Part shown: piece after piece, positions 8,503-16,616 of the stretch
How the letters are laid out: each line of letters begins with the position of its first letter
Position numbering within the stretch: position 1 is the first letter of the stretch
Assembly: GCA_031551205.1 (NCBI GenBank)
Contig: JAVBNY010000001.1
Coordinates: forward strand, 78,319 to 142,318
Length of the DNA stretch: 64,000 nt
From: Oscillospiraceae bacterium
GTDB taxonomy: Bacteria; Bacillota; Clostridia; Oscillospirales; JAVBNY01
Direction: 5' to 3'
The notes under the pieces: model-generated
The model's database searches: none
What the model saw: the letters and a program-made list of their open reading frames with translations, nothing else
Told to the model about the DNA's origin: nothing
Program-made: the position numbers and the translations under genes

Positions 8503-9353
8503 AACCTTTTTTCGGCGTCGTCGAGGCTGTTTTCGGCGAAAATACGCACGATTTCGGAGGCGGGCACAAGCGTGACGCCCTCTTCCTCAAGATAGGCGAG
8601 GCTCTCTTCAATCGCCCGCGCGGTGGATGTTCCGCCCGCCGCCCCGACGTGGCCGATTACTATTGCCGCGCCGTGGCTTTTGGCATACTTTGCCGCTTTT
8701 TTCAGTTGATCTTTAACATGCGCCTCAGATTTGTCGCCGTGCTCAAGGAAGAAATTTCGCTCGCCGTAAAAAACCGGCAGAAGCTTTGCGGCCTCGCGGC
8801 ACGCGGACTTCGGGCTTGTCCTGCTGTCCACAAAATAAAGCCCCTTTTCCAGGCACGCGGAGATAACGCCGAGGACAACCTCCTGCCGCTCGCTCGACTT
8901 TGACCCCACGTGTATGTTGGCGCCCACCGCGTGCGGGACGGCGGCCAGAGCACTGGCGGTTTTTTCATAGGCTTCCTCGCGCGAGTCGCCGATGCATATC
9001 CTGCCCGGCGGGAACCACCTCGGATTGTCGTTAAATGACGACTGCATAGGAAGATGGACGATGACCTCCCTGCCGAGTTCAAACGCGTTTTGCGCGTCTT
9101 TTTCTGAAAACTGCATAAAGGGCAGTACGGCCGCCGTTATAGGACACGGAAGGGCGAGCATCTCTTTGACGCCGCTTCTGTCCTGACCGAAATCGTCGAT
9201 GATTATGGCGAGCTTCGGGTTTTCCGGCTCGGGCTGTACGGCGGCGCTCACCGCGGAGAAGGCAAGCGGCGCACCGGTGATCAGCAGAGCCCCGCAGGCG
9301 ACGATCAGCGCGGTTCTCAGTTTTATCGTAAGGAAAACGGCGTGTCCTTTCAT
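8406..9353 (-). CDS. Divergent polysaccharide deacetylase (Polysacc_deac_2/YibQ-like)
   Basis: N-terminal TM; LAIIIDDFG, HLPM, GANIHVGS, FVDSRT, IGH motifs. Confidence 0.88.
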   Translation of the reverse strand: MKGHAVFLTIKLRTALIVACGALLITGAPLAFSAVSAAVQPEPENPKLAIIIDDFGQDRSGVKEMLALPCPITAAVLPFMQFSEKDAQNAFELGREVIVHLPMQSSFNDNPRWFPPGRICIGDSREEAYEKTASALAAVPHAVGANIHVGSKSSERQEVVLGVISACLEKGLYFVDSRTSPKSACREAAKLLPVFYGERNFFLEHGDKSEAHVKDQLKKAAKYAKSHGAAIVIGHVGAAGGTSTARAIEESLAYLEEEGVTLVPASEIVRIFAENSLDDAEKRFHSPAENTDTLPGSIKSESGGNSKLSERSDIE

Positions 9354-9370
9354 ATTACCCCCCTTGGCGG

Positions 9371-9691
9371 CTATATGCCGAGCAAAAGCACCAGCCCCAG
9401 CACGATTATAATCTCGTAATTGTCTCCTTCCAGAAACATCAGAACGAGGATTGCGATCAGTATCAGGTCGCCCAGTTCCAGATCCCTGATGAAATTATTT
9501 AGGCTGAAGCCCTTTCCTCCGCGGCCGAAAAGGCCGCCGAGGCCCTCGAAGACGCCGTCAAACAGCCCTCCCAGGCGCATGCTTCCGCGAGGTATGTGAG
9601 CCGGTTCCTCACGCGGAGTATCCCGCTGTTCCAGTACCGGGGAAAACAGGGATTCCGGCGCGCCGCCCTCGCGAATATACCTGTTATACAA
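9371..9691 (-). CDS. Hypothetical protein with C-terminal hydrophobic hairpin
   Basis: MYNRYI start; C-terminal GDLILIAILVLMFLEG; overlaps upstream stop. Confidence 0.7.
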   Translation of the reverse strand: MYNRYIREGGAPESLFSPVLEQRDTPREEPAHIPRGSMRLGGLFDGVFEGLGGLFGRGGKGFSLNNFIRDLELGDLILIAILVLMFLEGDNYEIIIVLGLVLLLGI

Positions 9692-10169
9692 AGCCGTCCC
9701 CTCCGTTCAGCGTTTCAAAAACCGTCCTTATCGTCTTCGTCAGGCGGACAATCTGCATTGCTTTGTCGATCTTCATGTGGCGTTCATTTTTGAGATATGG
9801 CTTGAGCGACTGGAGGAGAAGGACGTTTTTGTCGTCGTTTGAAGAAAACTCGCCGAGAATCTTCATAATCATGCTTAAAAAGCGCGGATCGATATTCTGA
9901 AGGCCCTGAAAGCCGCCGCCCGAAAGCTGGCCGAGTATTGCCGAAAGGGGGGGGGACGCCGCGCCGGACACGGGGGACGCGTCCGGCGCGGGTCCGGGAG
10001 GTATCGCGTCTTCCAGGGATGCCTGTTCAGCCTGGAGGCCCCCCAGGGGAGCGGCGGCCTGCTGCTCTGAGGATACGTCTCCCGCGAGGGAGCGCACAAT
10101 CGACATAACCTGGTTCATGCCGTCAGGCGAAGAAAGCAGAGACGAAATTTTATCCTCAAACTCCCCCAT
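9684..10169 (-). CDS. Hypothetical protein
   Basis: SD AGGAG; LLQSLKPYL...KIDKA C-terminal motif. Confidence 0.75.
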   Translation of the reverse strand: MGEFEDKISSLLSSPDGMNQVMSIVRSLAGDVSSEQQAAAPLGGLQAEQASLEDAIPPGPAPDASPVSGAASPPLSAILGQLSGGGFQGLQNIDPRFLSMIMKILGEFSSNDDKNVLLLQSLKPYLKNERHMKIDKAMQIVRLTKTIRTVFETLNGGDGFV

Positions 10170-10172
10170 TGT

Positions 10173-10463
10173 TCACTTCTCCTTTACGAGATCCATGATG
10201 TCCTTCGCGAGAGCAGAGCCCTCTTTTGAGGCAAGCAGGGAAGAAAGCAGGTTTTTTGCGGTATCCGCGTTGCCTGCCGAAGCCGCTCCCGCCGCTTTTT
10301 TAAGCGCGTCGCCGCCGTCTCCGGCCAGCGACTGGACGACCTTTTTGCCCTCCGGAGTATTGAGCCTGGCGGAGATTTTGTCCAGGTTAGCGATTACCTT
10401 CGCGCCCTGAGACGTTTTAAGAAGAGTTCTCGCCAGGTTCTCAAGGTCCTGATTGTTTGACAT
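10173..10463 (-). CDS. Small helical hypothetical protein
   Basis: GGAGG SD before ATG 10463; first gene of tight 4-gene run. Confidence 0.7.
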   Translation of the reverse strand: MSNNQDLENLARTLLKTSQGAKVIANLDKISARLNTPEGKKVVQSLAGDGGDALKKAAGAASAGNADTAKNLLSSLLASKEGSALAKDIMDLVKEK

Positions 10464-10547
10464 GTTCGCACCTCCCACAAAGCCGCATATGTCTGTCTTT
10501 CAGTGCGCGGCGGCATTGACCGCGCTTTGGGAAATACGGCCTGGAAC

Positions 10548-10576
10548 ATTATATGACGGCGCGGGGGGAAAAATGA
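10548..10576 (-). promoter_or_regulatory. sigmaE-like sporulation promoter
   Basis: TCATTTT-N14-CATATAAT. Confidence 0.55.
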
Positions 10577-10617
10577 CGGCGGATAACTTGAGAGGCCGCC
10601 GGAAAAGGAGGATTTAA

Positions 10618-11112
10618 TTGAAAGCTATAGTTTTTGCGGATTCACATGGGAGCACGGAGGAGATGGCGCTTGTTTTACGAAGGCACCAACCGGACGTCTG
10701 CCTGCACCTTGGAAACGACGCGGCGGACATATGGGAGATCAGGGGCGCGTTTCCCAAGACGAGGTTTGAGGCGGTGCGCGGAAACGGCGACAGGGGCAAC
10801 GCGCCGGAGGAGCTGCTTACTATGCTCGGACCGGTGCGGGTGCTGATGACGCACGGGCACAAATACGGTGTCAAACAGACACGGCTGCGCGCGGAATACG
10901 CCGCGAAGGAAAAGGGAGCGGCGATCCTGCTTTTTGCGCACACGCACAAGCCCCTGCTGGAGTACAGCGGCGATCTCACTATAATGAACGCGGGCACGGT
11001 TTCCGGCGTTTACACAGGGATATTCACGTATGGGATTATAAGCATCAACGGAGACGTGAAGTGCTCAATTGAAAACGTGTTGGACATTAAAAATGCTGAA
11101 AAAGGTATTTGA
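10618..11112 (+). CDS. Metallophosphoesterase, YfcE/MJ0936 family
   Basis: DSHG, VRGNGD, THGH, HTH motifs. Confidence 0.88.
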   Translation: MKAIVFADSHGSTEEMALVLRRHQPDVCLHLGNDAADIWEIRGAFPKTRFEAVRGNGDRGNAPEELLTMLGPVRVLMTHGHKYGVKQTRLRAEYAAKEKGAAILLFAHTHKPLLEYSGDLTIMNAGTVSGVYTGIFTYGIISINGDVKCSIENVLDIKNAEKGI

Positions 11113-11120
11113 GGATCAAA

Positions 11121-12194
11121 ATGGAAAGACTTTTTGTAAACCTTCCCGGTGGAGGATACGATATATTGATTGAGGAGGGCCAGCTCTCACGCCTTGGCGA
11201 GCTTTCTGCAAAGGTTAGGAGGCCGGGGCCCGCCGCCGTAGTGACGGACGGCAACGTCGGCCCGATCTATGGCGAAACAGCCGTTGAGAGCCTTAAAAGG
11301 GCAGGTTTTTCGCCGGTGTTGATTACAATCCCACCGGGGGAAGGCTCAAAAACGACGGAGCGCCTATTGTGGCTCTATAGCCGCCTGCTTGAGGCGGGTA
11401 TAACGCGGAGCGATACGGTTTTTGCACTGGGGGGAGGCGTTGTCGGCGATCTCGCGGGCTTTGCGGCGGCGACTTTTTTGCGCGGCGTACCGTTTATTCA
11501 GGTTCCGACTACGCTGCTCGCGCAGGTGGACAGCTCCGTGGGGGGCAAGGTGGGCGTGAATCTGCCCGAGGGGAAAAACCTTGCCGGGGCCTTTTATCAG
11601 CCCCTTCTCGTCGTGATTGACCCGCTGTGCCTGAAAACACTTCCCGACCGTGTTTTTTCCGACGGGATGGCCGAGGTTATCAAATACGGTGCCATTAAAA
11701 GCGAGGAGCTGTTTGAAAAGCTTCTGCGATGCGCCGGAAGAGAAGGCGTGATGCGTGAGATTTCAGGGATAATTCTTGAGTGCTGCGCGATAAAAAGCGC
11801 CGTCGTTGAGCGCGATGAGCGCGATACCGGAGAGCGTATGCTGCTCAATTTCGGCCACACTATAGGCCATATATACGAAGCGGCGCACGGCTATGGAAAG
11901 TATACGCACGGCGAGGCTGTGTCCGCCGGGATGTGCGCGATAACGCGTATGTCCGGGCGGCTCGGGAAGACGGACGAAGACGTTTTTGATAGGCTCAGGG
12001 CGGCGGCCGCGCGTTTCAGCCTGCCGTGCTTTATCCCTTTACCTAAGGGAGAGGAGATCAGGGCTGCTCGCGATAAAAAAGCGGGCGGGAAATGGATTGA
12101 TCTTGTCTTTTTGAGCCGTATTGGGCGTGGGTATATTGAAAAAATGGAGACCGGGACCTTTGTTTCGATGCTTGGAGAGCTTGGGGAGGGATAG
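11121..12194 (+). CDS. aroB: 3-dehydroquinate synthase
   Basis: GGGVVGDLAGF, PTTLLAQVDSSVGGK, LNFGHTIGH. Confidence 0.97.
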   Translation: MERLFVNLPGGGYDILIEEGQLSRLGELSAKVRRPGPAAVVTDGNVGPIYGETAVESLKRAGFSPVLITIPPGEGSKTTERLLWLYSRLLEAGITRSDTVFALGGGVVGDLAGFAAATFLRGVPFIQVPTTLLAQVDSSVGGKVGVNLPEGKNLAGAFYQPLLVVIDPLCLKTLPDRVFSDGMAEVIKYGAIKSEELFEKLLRCAGREGVMREISGIILECCAIKSAVVERDERDTGERMLLNFGHTIGHIYEAAHGYGKYTHGEAVSAGMCAITRMSGRLGKTDEDVFDRLRAAAARFSLPCFIPLPKGEEIRAARDKKAGGKWIDLVFLSRIGRGYIEKMETGTFVSMLGELGEG

Positions 12195-12196
12195 AG

Positions 12197-13453
12197 ATGA
12201 CTCTGAAAATTGAACCCTGCAGGCTGCGCGGCGCGGTGACGCCGCCGCCTTCGAAGAGCGCGGCTCACAGGGCCATCATATGTGCTTCGCTCTGCGCGCA
12301 AGGGCAGGCGCCAAGCAGGATCGAAAACATCTCGCTTTCTGAGGATATCTCCGCAACGATTGACGCTCTCGGCGCACTGGGCGCGGATATAGCCGTCTCG
12401 GGTTCTTCGGCGGCGATCAAAAGAGGCGCCGCACTGGAGCATGCGGAAGCCGCCTCGGCGCGCAGACTTTTCTGCAGGGAATCCGGCTCGACGCTCCGCT
12501 TTATGATACCGGCGGCGCTGCTTTCCGGAGGAGGGTCGTTCTTCGGTGAAGGCAGGCTGATGCAGCGCCCGCTCACGCCGTATTTTGAAGTTTTCGGACA
12601 AAAGGGAATTGCGTGCATTCAAGACGACGAAAAGCTCGTGCTTGAGGGGATGCTGACTCCGGGGGCTTTTTCGCTTCGCGGAGATGTCAGCTCGCAGTTT
12701 GTATCGGGGCTTCTGATGGTTCTGCCTCTGCTGGGGGAGGATTCAGTTGTCGAGATGACGTCGCCGCTTCAGTCAAAGCCTTATGTCGCGATGACGCTGA
12801 GTGAGATGGAGGCCTTCGGCGTAAGGATTCGGAATGAATCGTTTAAATGGTTCTACATACCCGGCGGTCAGCGGTACATCCCTGCGGACCGCGTGATAGA
12901 GGCTGATTATTCACAGGCCGCGTTTTTTATTGCCGCCAATGCTCTTGGCAGCGACATTGCAATAAGCGGGCTTAACGTCGGCACACTTCAAGGCGACAGA
13001 ATGATTGAGACGATCATCAGGCGTATGGAAGAGCCCGGTTCAATTGAGATCGATGCCTCCGACATCCCGGATCTTGTGCCGATCACGGCTCTTTTGGCTT
13101 CGCTCCGACATGGCCGCGAGACCGTGATTTGCGGCGCCGCGCGCCTGCGGATCAAGGAGAGCGACAGACTGAAGTCGACCTGCGCGGTGCTCTCTGAACT
13201 CGGTGCCACGATTGAGGAAATGCCCGAAGGGCTGAGGATAAACGGCAGGAAATCTCTTGAGGGCGGTACAGTTCACGCCTACAATGACCATAGGATCGCG
13301 ATGATGGCCGCGATAGCGTCTACCGTTTGTTCTGCTCCTGTGGAACTGTTCGGTGCGGAATGTGTAGCAAAGTCTTATCCGGACTTTTGGGAGGTTTTTT
13401 CGTCCCTAGGCGGCATTTGCGGCATAAGCAAGGACAATAACGCCAAGAATTAA
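12197..13453 (+). CDS. aroA: EPSP synthase
   Basis: PPSKSAAHR, ESGSTLRF, SSQFVSGLL, KESDR, DHRIAM, KSYPDFW. Confidence 0.97.
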   Translation: MTLKIEPCRLRGAVTPPPSKSAAHRAIICASLCAQGQAPSRIENISLSEDISATIDALGALGADIAVSGSSAAIKRGAALEHAEAASARRLFCRESGSTLRFMIPAALLSGGGSFFGEGRLMQRPLTPYFEVFGQKGIACIQDDEKLVLEGMLTPGAFSLRGDVSSQFVSGLLMVLPLLGEDSVVEMTSPLQSKPYVAMTLSEMEAFGVRIRNESFKWFYIPGGQRYIPADRVIEADYSQAAFFIAANALGSDIAISGLNVGTLQGDRMIETIIRRMEEPGSIEIDASDIPDLVPITALLASLRHGRETVICGAARLRIKESDRLKSTCAVLSELGATIEEMPEGLRINGRKSLEGGTVHAYNDHRIAMMAAIASTVCSAPVELFGAECVAKSYPDFWEVFSSLGGICGISKDNNAKN

Positions 13454-13472
13454 CTGAAATTAGCAGTTATTG

Positions 13473-13501
13473 TTGAAAAAACACGTAGACCGTGGTAGTA
13501 T
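13473..13501 (+). promoter_or_regulatory. Internal sigmaA-type promoter upstream of ComFB-family gene
   Basis: TTGAAA-N17-TAGTAT, preceded by small inverted repeat TAACTG...CAGTTA. Confidence 0.5.
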
Positions 13502-13579
13502 AGCATTAAGAATGTCGCCAGTCCAGCCGGATATCCGGGCGCGGCTTGCCCGAATTACTTTAAAGGATCGGTATATCAT

Positions 13580-13837
13580 ATGGTTAAAAACTATATGGAA
13601 GTGTTGGCCGAGGACATGATTGACGAGGTTTTGAGGCAGACGGATGCCTGCGGATGCGATATTTGCAGGAACGACATTCTTGCCATTGCGCTCAACTCTT
13701 TGAAGCCGCGTTACGTTACCTCCGACAAGGGAGAGACGATATCCAAGCTGCTGAACTGGGATCAGCAGGTATGCGCCGATGTGACCGCCGCGCTCAACCG
13801 AGGGGCGATAATCGTGTCAAAAAACCCGCGGCACTGA
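13580..13837 (+). CDS. comFB: ComFB-family protein
   Basis: NYME, CGCDIC..D..AIALN.L.PRY, C-terminal V.KNPRH. Confidence 0.88.
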   Translation: MVKNYMEVLAEDMIDEVLRQTDACGCDICRNDILAIALNSLKPRYVTSDKGETISKLLNWDQQVCADVTAALNRGAIIVSKNPRH

Positions 13838-13866
13838 AAAGCACTTTATGGAAAGTACTGGTCATT

Positions 13867-14946
13867 ATGAAGGTTTTTTTGTTTGGAGAATCGCACGGAG
13901 AGGCCGTGGGCGTCGCGCTTGAGCGGGTGCCCTGCGGCCTTAAGATCGATTTTGGCGAGATAAAAAAGGATATGCAGCGCCGCGCTCCCGGGAGGGATCC
14001 GATTTCCACCGCGCGCTCAGAGCCGGATATCCCGGAAATAATCAGCGGTGTGCTCGGCGGGGTCACGACGGGCGCGCCGCTTTGTGCGCTCATACGAAAT
14101 ACAAACGTGAAAAGCGCCGACTATGAAAGTACGCTGAGGGTTCCGAGGCCGGGGCACGCGGAGATGTCCGCGCATATGCGATACGGTCGGTATTTTGACC
14201 CGCGCGGAGGAGGCCATTTTTCAGGAAGGCTCACAGCCCCGCTTGTTTTCGCCGGCGCGCTCGCGAAGCAGATCATCGCGCAAAAGGGCGTTTTCGTCGG
14301 CGCTCATATCCTTGAGGCGGCCGGCGTGAGGGACGAGGCGCTGGACCCTTGCCTCGCGGAAAAGGAGGCATTGCGGCTTGTTGCCGAAAAGTCGCTTCCG
14401 GTTATCCTTGACAGTGCGGGGAGCGCGATGAGAGAGGCGATACTGGCGGCAAAAAAGGATGGCGACTCAGTAGGCGGCGTTATTGAGTGCGCGATTTTGG
14501 GTGCGCCGGGCGGGCTCGGATCTCCGGGGTTTGAGTGTGCCGAGGCCGTCATCTCGAGGTACCTTTTCGCTGTTCCCGCCGTGAAGGGCGTGCAGTTCGG
14601 CGCGGGCTTCTCGTTTGCCGGGATGCGCGGCAGTGAGGCCAACGACCCAATCCGCGCGGGGGAAGACGACGAACTTTTCACAGCTTCAAACCACAACGGC
14701 GGTATTCTGGGCGGAATAACAAACGGGATGCCGATTATTTTTTCCGTCGCCGTAAAACCGACGCCGTCCATCTCAAGTGAACAGGACAGCGTGAATCTGG
14801 ATACGATGCAAAATCAGAAAATATCCGTCATCGGGAGACATGACCCGTGTATTGTGCAAAGGGCGGTCGTAGCGGTCGAGGCGGCGGCGGCGTTGGCGGT
14901 ATCTGAGCTGCTTGACGGCGGGGCCCCGCTTTGGGCGGAGATTTAA
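13867..14946 (+). CDS. aroC: Chorismate synthase
   Basis: FGESHG, RPGHA, GGGHFSGRLT, DSVGG, KPTPSI, GRHDPC; exact start uncertain. Confidence 0.95.
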   Translation: MKVFLFGESHGEAVGVALERVPCGLKIDFGEIKKDMQRRAPGRDPISTARSEPDIPEIISGVLGGVTTGAPLCALIRNTNVKSADYESTLRVPRPGHAEMSAHMRYGRYFDPRGGGHFSGRLTAPLVFAGALAKQIIAQKGVFVGAHILEAAGVRDEALDPCLAEKEALRLVAEKSLPVILDSAGSAMREAILAAKKDGDSVGGVIECAILGAPGGLGSPGFECAEAVISRYLFAVPAVKGVQFGAGFSFAGMRGSEANDPIRAGEDDELFTASNHNGGILGGITNGMPIIFSVAVKPTPSISSEQDSVNLDTMQNQKISVIGRHDPCIVQRAVVAVEAAAALAVSELLDGGAPLWAEI

Positions 14947-14963
14947 GGCTGGAGGATTGAAGT

Positions 14964-15245
14964 ATGGACAGGCTTTCTCAGCTCAGAGCCGAGATTGACA
15001 GGACGGACGCCGAGCTTCTTGCCCTGTTTGTGCGCCGGATGGAGCTGTGTACAGCGGTTGGAGAGTATAAAAAAGAGCGTTCGCTAGCAATTTTTGATCC
15101 TTTGCGCGAGGCAGAGATAATTGAAAGGCGCGCCTTCGAGGCGGGGGCCTGGCGCTGCGAGGCTGCGGAGCTTTGGAAGACGATGATGCGCCTGTCAAGA
15201 AAGGCCCAGGAGGCTGTTCTTTTGACGGATGACAAAGAACGCTGA
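14964..15245 (+). CDS. Chorismate mutase, AroQ class
   Basis: L..LR.EID..D.ELL.LF..RM.....VG.YK......D..RE pattern. Confidence 0.88.
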   Translation: MDRLSQLRAEIDRTDAELLALFVRRMELCTAVGEYKKERSLAIFDPLREAEIIERRAFEAGAWRCEAAELWKTMMRLSRKAQEAVLLTDDKER

Positions 15246-15275
15246 AGTGCAAAAACTGTTGGGGGGAGTGATGAC

Positions 15276-16310
15276 ATGGAATCCACGATTTTTGAACATT
15301 CTACGACGATAAGGGAGAAATTTTACAGCGCAGAGCCGCGAAGGCTCAGACGCATAGGCGAAAACATCACGCTTATCGGTATGCCCGGGAGCGGAAAAAC
15401 CACGATAGGCATGCTGCTTTCCCGCGCCTTTGACGCTGATTTTATCGATATCGACGCCGGGATAGAGGCGAGCACCGGTGAGAGTATCGCAAGGACATTC
15501 GAAAGTAAGGGCGAGGAATATTTCCGGGATATTGAATCCGAATATGTGCAGAAGGCCGCGGTAAAAACAGGCGTCATCATATCTACGGGCGGCGGCGTCG
15601 TTCTGCGGCAGGAGAATATGGACACGCTGAGGAACTGCGGCGTCGTTTTGTTCATCGACAGGGATATAAAGCAGATAATGGCGGAGGATCTTTCCGACCG
15701 CCCGCTTGTTGAAAATGACAGCAATGCCCTGCATCGCCTTTATGATGAGCGCATCGGCCTCTACAAGAAGTCCTGTGATCTCCGCGTTGAAAACCGCATG
15801 TCCTCAGAGCAGACGGCCGGCGAGGCGGCCGAGGGCGTTACCGCGCTGAGGCGTCGCGGCGGGGACAGGCGCATGCTAGTGATAAACGGGCCGAACATCA
15901 ACATGCTCGGGGCACGCGACAAAAGCAAGTACGGAGAGCTTGACTATTATGAGCTCTGCCGCAGGATCAGCTCATTTGCGCTTTCGCGCGGGATTTACGC
16001 CGAGATCGTGCAGAGCAACCATGAGGGCGACATAATCACTGCCATACAGAAGGCCTACGGAGAATACGACGGTATTGTGATTAATCCGGGCGCGCTCACG
16101 CATTACAGCCACGCGGTCGCTGATGCAGTGGAGTGCTGCCGGCTGCCTGTGATCGAGGCGCATCTCTCTAATATCCACGGCAGGGAGGATTTCAGAAGGA
16201 CGTCGGTCATTGCGGGGCGCTGCATGGGTCAGATATCCGGTCTCGGAGCGGAAAGCTATACCGCGGCTCTAAGGATTCTGGCTGATTCGTCATCACCTCC
16301 GCGTCTGTAA
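15276..16310 (+). CDS. aroK-aroQ: Fused shikimate kinase + type II 3-dehydroquinate dehydratase
   Basis: LIGMPGSGKTT, FRDIE, STGGG, RPL, then VINGPNINMLG.R, QSNHEG, INPGALTHYS, EAHLSNI..RE.FR. Confidence 0.93.
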   Translation: MESTIFEHSTTIREKFYSAEPRRLRRIGENITLIGMPGSGKTTIGMLLSRAFDADFIDIDAGIEASTGESIARTFESKGEEYFRDIESEYVQKAAVKTGVIISTGGGVVLRQENMDTLRNCGVVLFIDRDIKQIMAEDLSDRPLVENDSNALHRLYDERIGLYKKSCDLRVENRMSSEQTAGEAAEGVTALRRRGGDRRMLVINGPNINMLGARDKSKYGELDYYELCRRISSFALSRGIYAEIVQSNHEGDIITAIQKAYGEYDGIVINPGALTHYSHAVADAVECCRLPVIEAHLSNIHGREDFRRTSVIAGRCMGQISGLGAESYTAALRILADSSSPPRL

Positions 16311-16351
16311 AAAACTGCCTAGTATTGGGTTGAACTGTATAAAAAACCATT

Positions 16352-16375
16352 TGGCGCCCGAAAGGGCGTCATTTC
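16352..16375 (+). terminator. Hairpin after aro operon (possible terminator)
   Basis: TGGCGCCC-GAAA-GGGCGTCA-TTT. Confidence 0.45.
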
Positions 16376-16480
16376 CATAATTTGACTATATACAGGGCGA
16401 AAAGCAAGTTAAAACTACAGCATTTTACAGAAAAATGCAGCTATGTGTTAAGTAATTGTCATTTCTGGGATACTGAGCCT

Positions 16481-16507
16481 TAAACCTGTAAGTATTTCTT
16501 ACGATAT
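16481..16507 (+). promoter_or_regulatory. sigma28 (SigD/FliA)-like promoter
   Basis: TAAA-N15-TACGATAT upstream of a chemoreceptor gene. Confidence 0.6.
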
Positions 16508-16616
16508 GAATATAGAGGTTTACACATGCCCATACTGATAGAGCATGTAGAGCTCATTTTGAATGGATGCGCATAAACGAGTCGTTCGAACTGTACTTTT
16601 TGGGGAGGGCCTGCTG

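Noticed and set aside
13654..13866. Long N-terminal extension of AroC in the ORF track
   Set aside because: Overlaps the ComFB gene in another frame; AroC homology begins near 13867.
16320..16480. c-di-GMP riboswitch before the MCP gene
   Set aside because: A GAAA-capped hairpin is present but I found no c-di-GMP-I consensus, and it lies upstream of the sigma28-like promoter; more likely the aro terminator.
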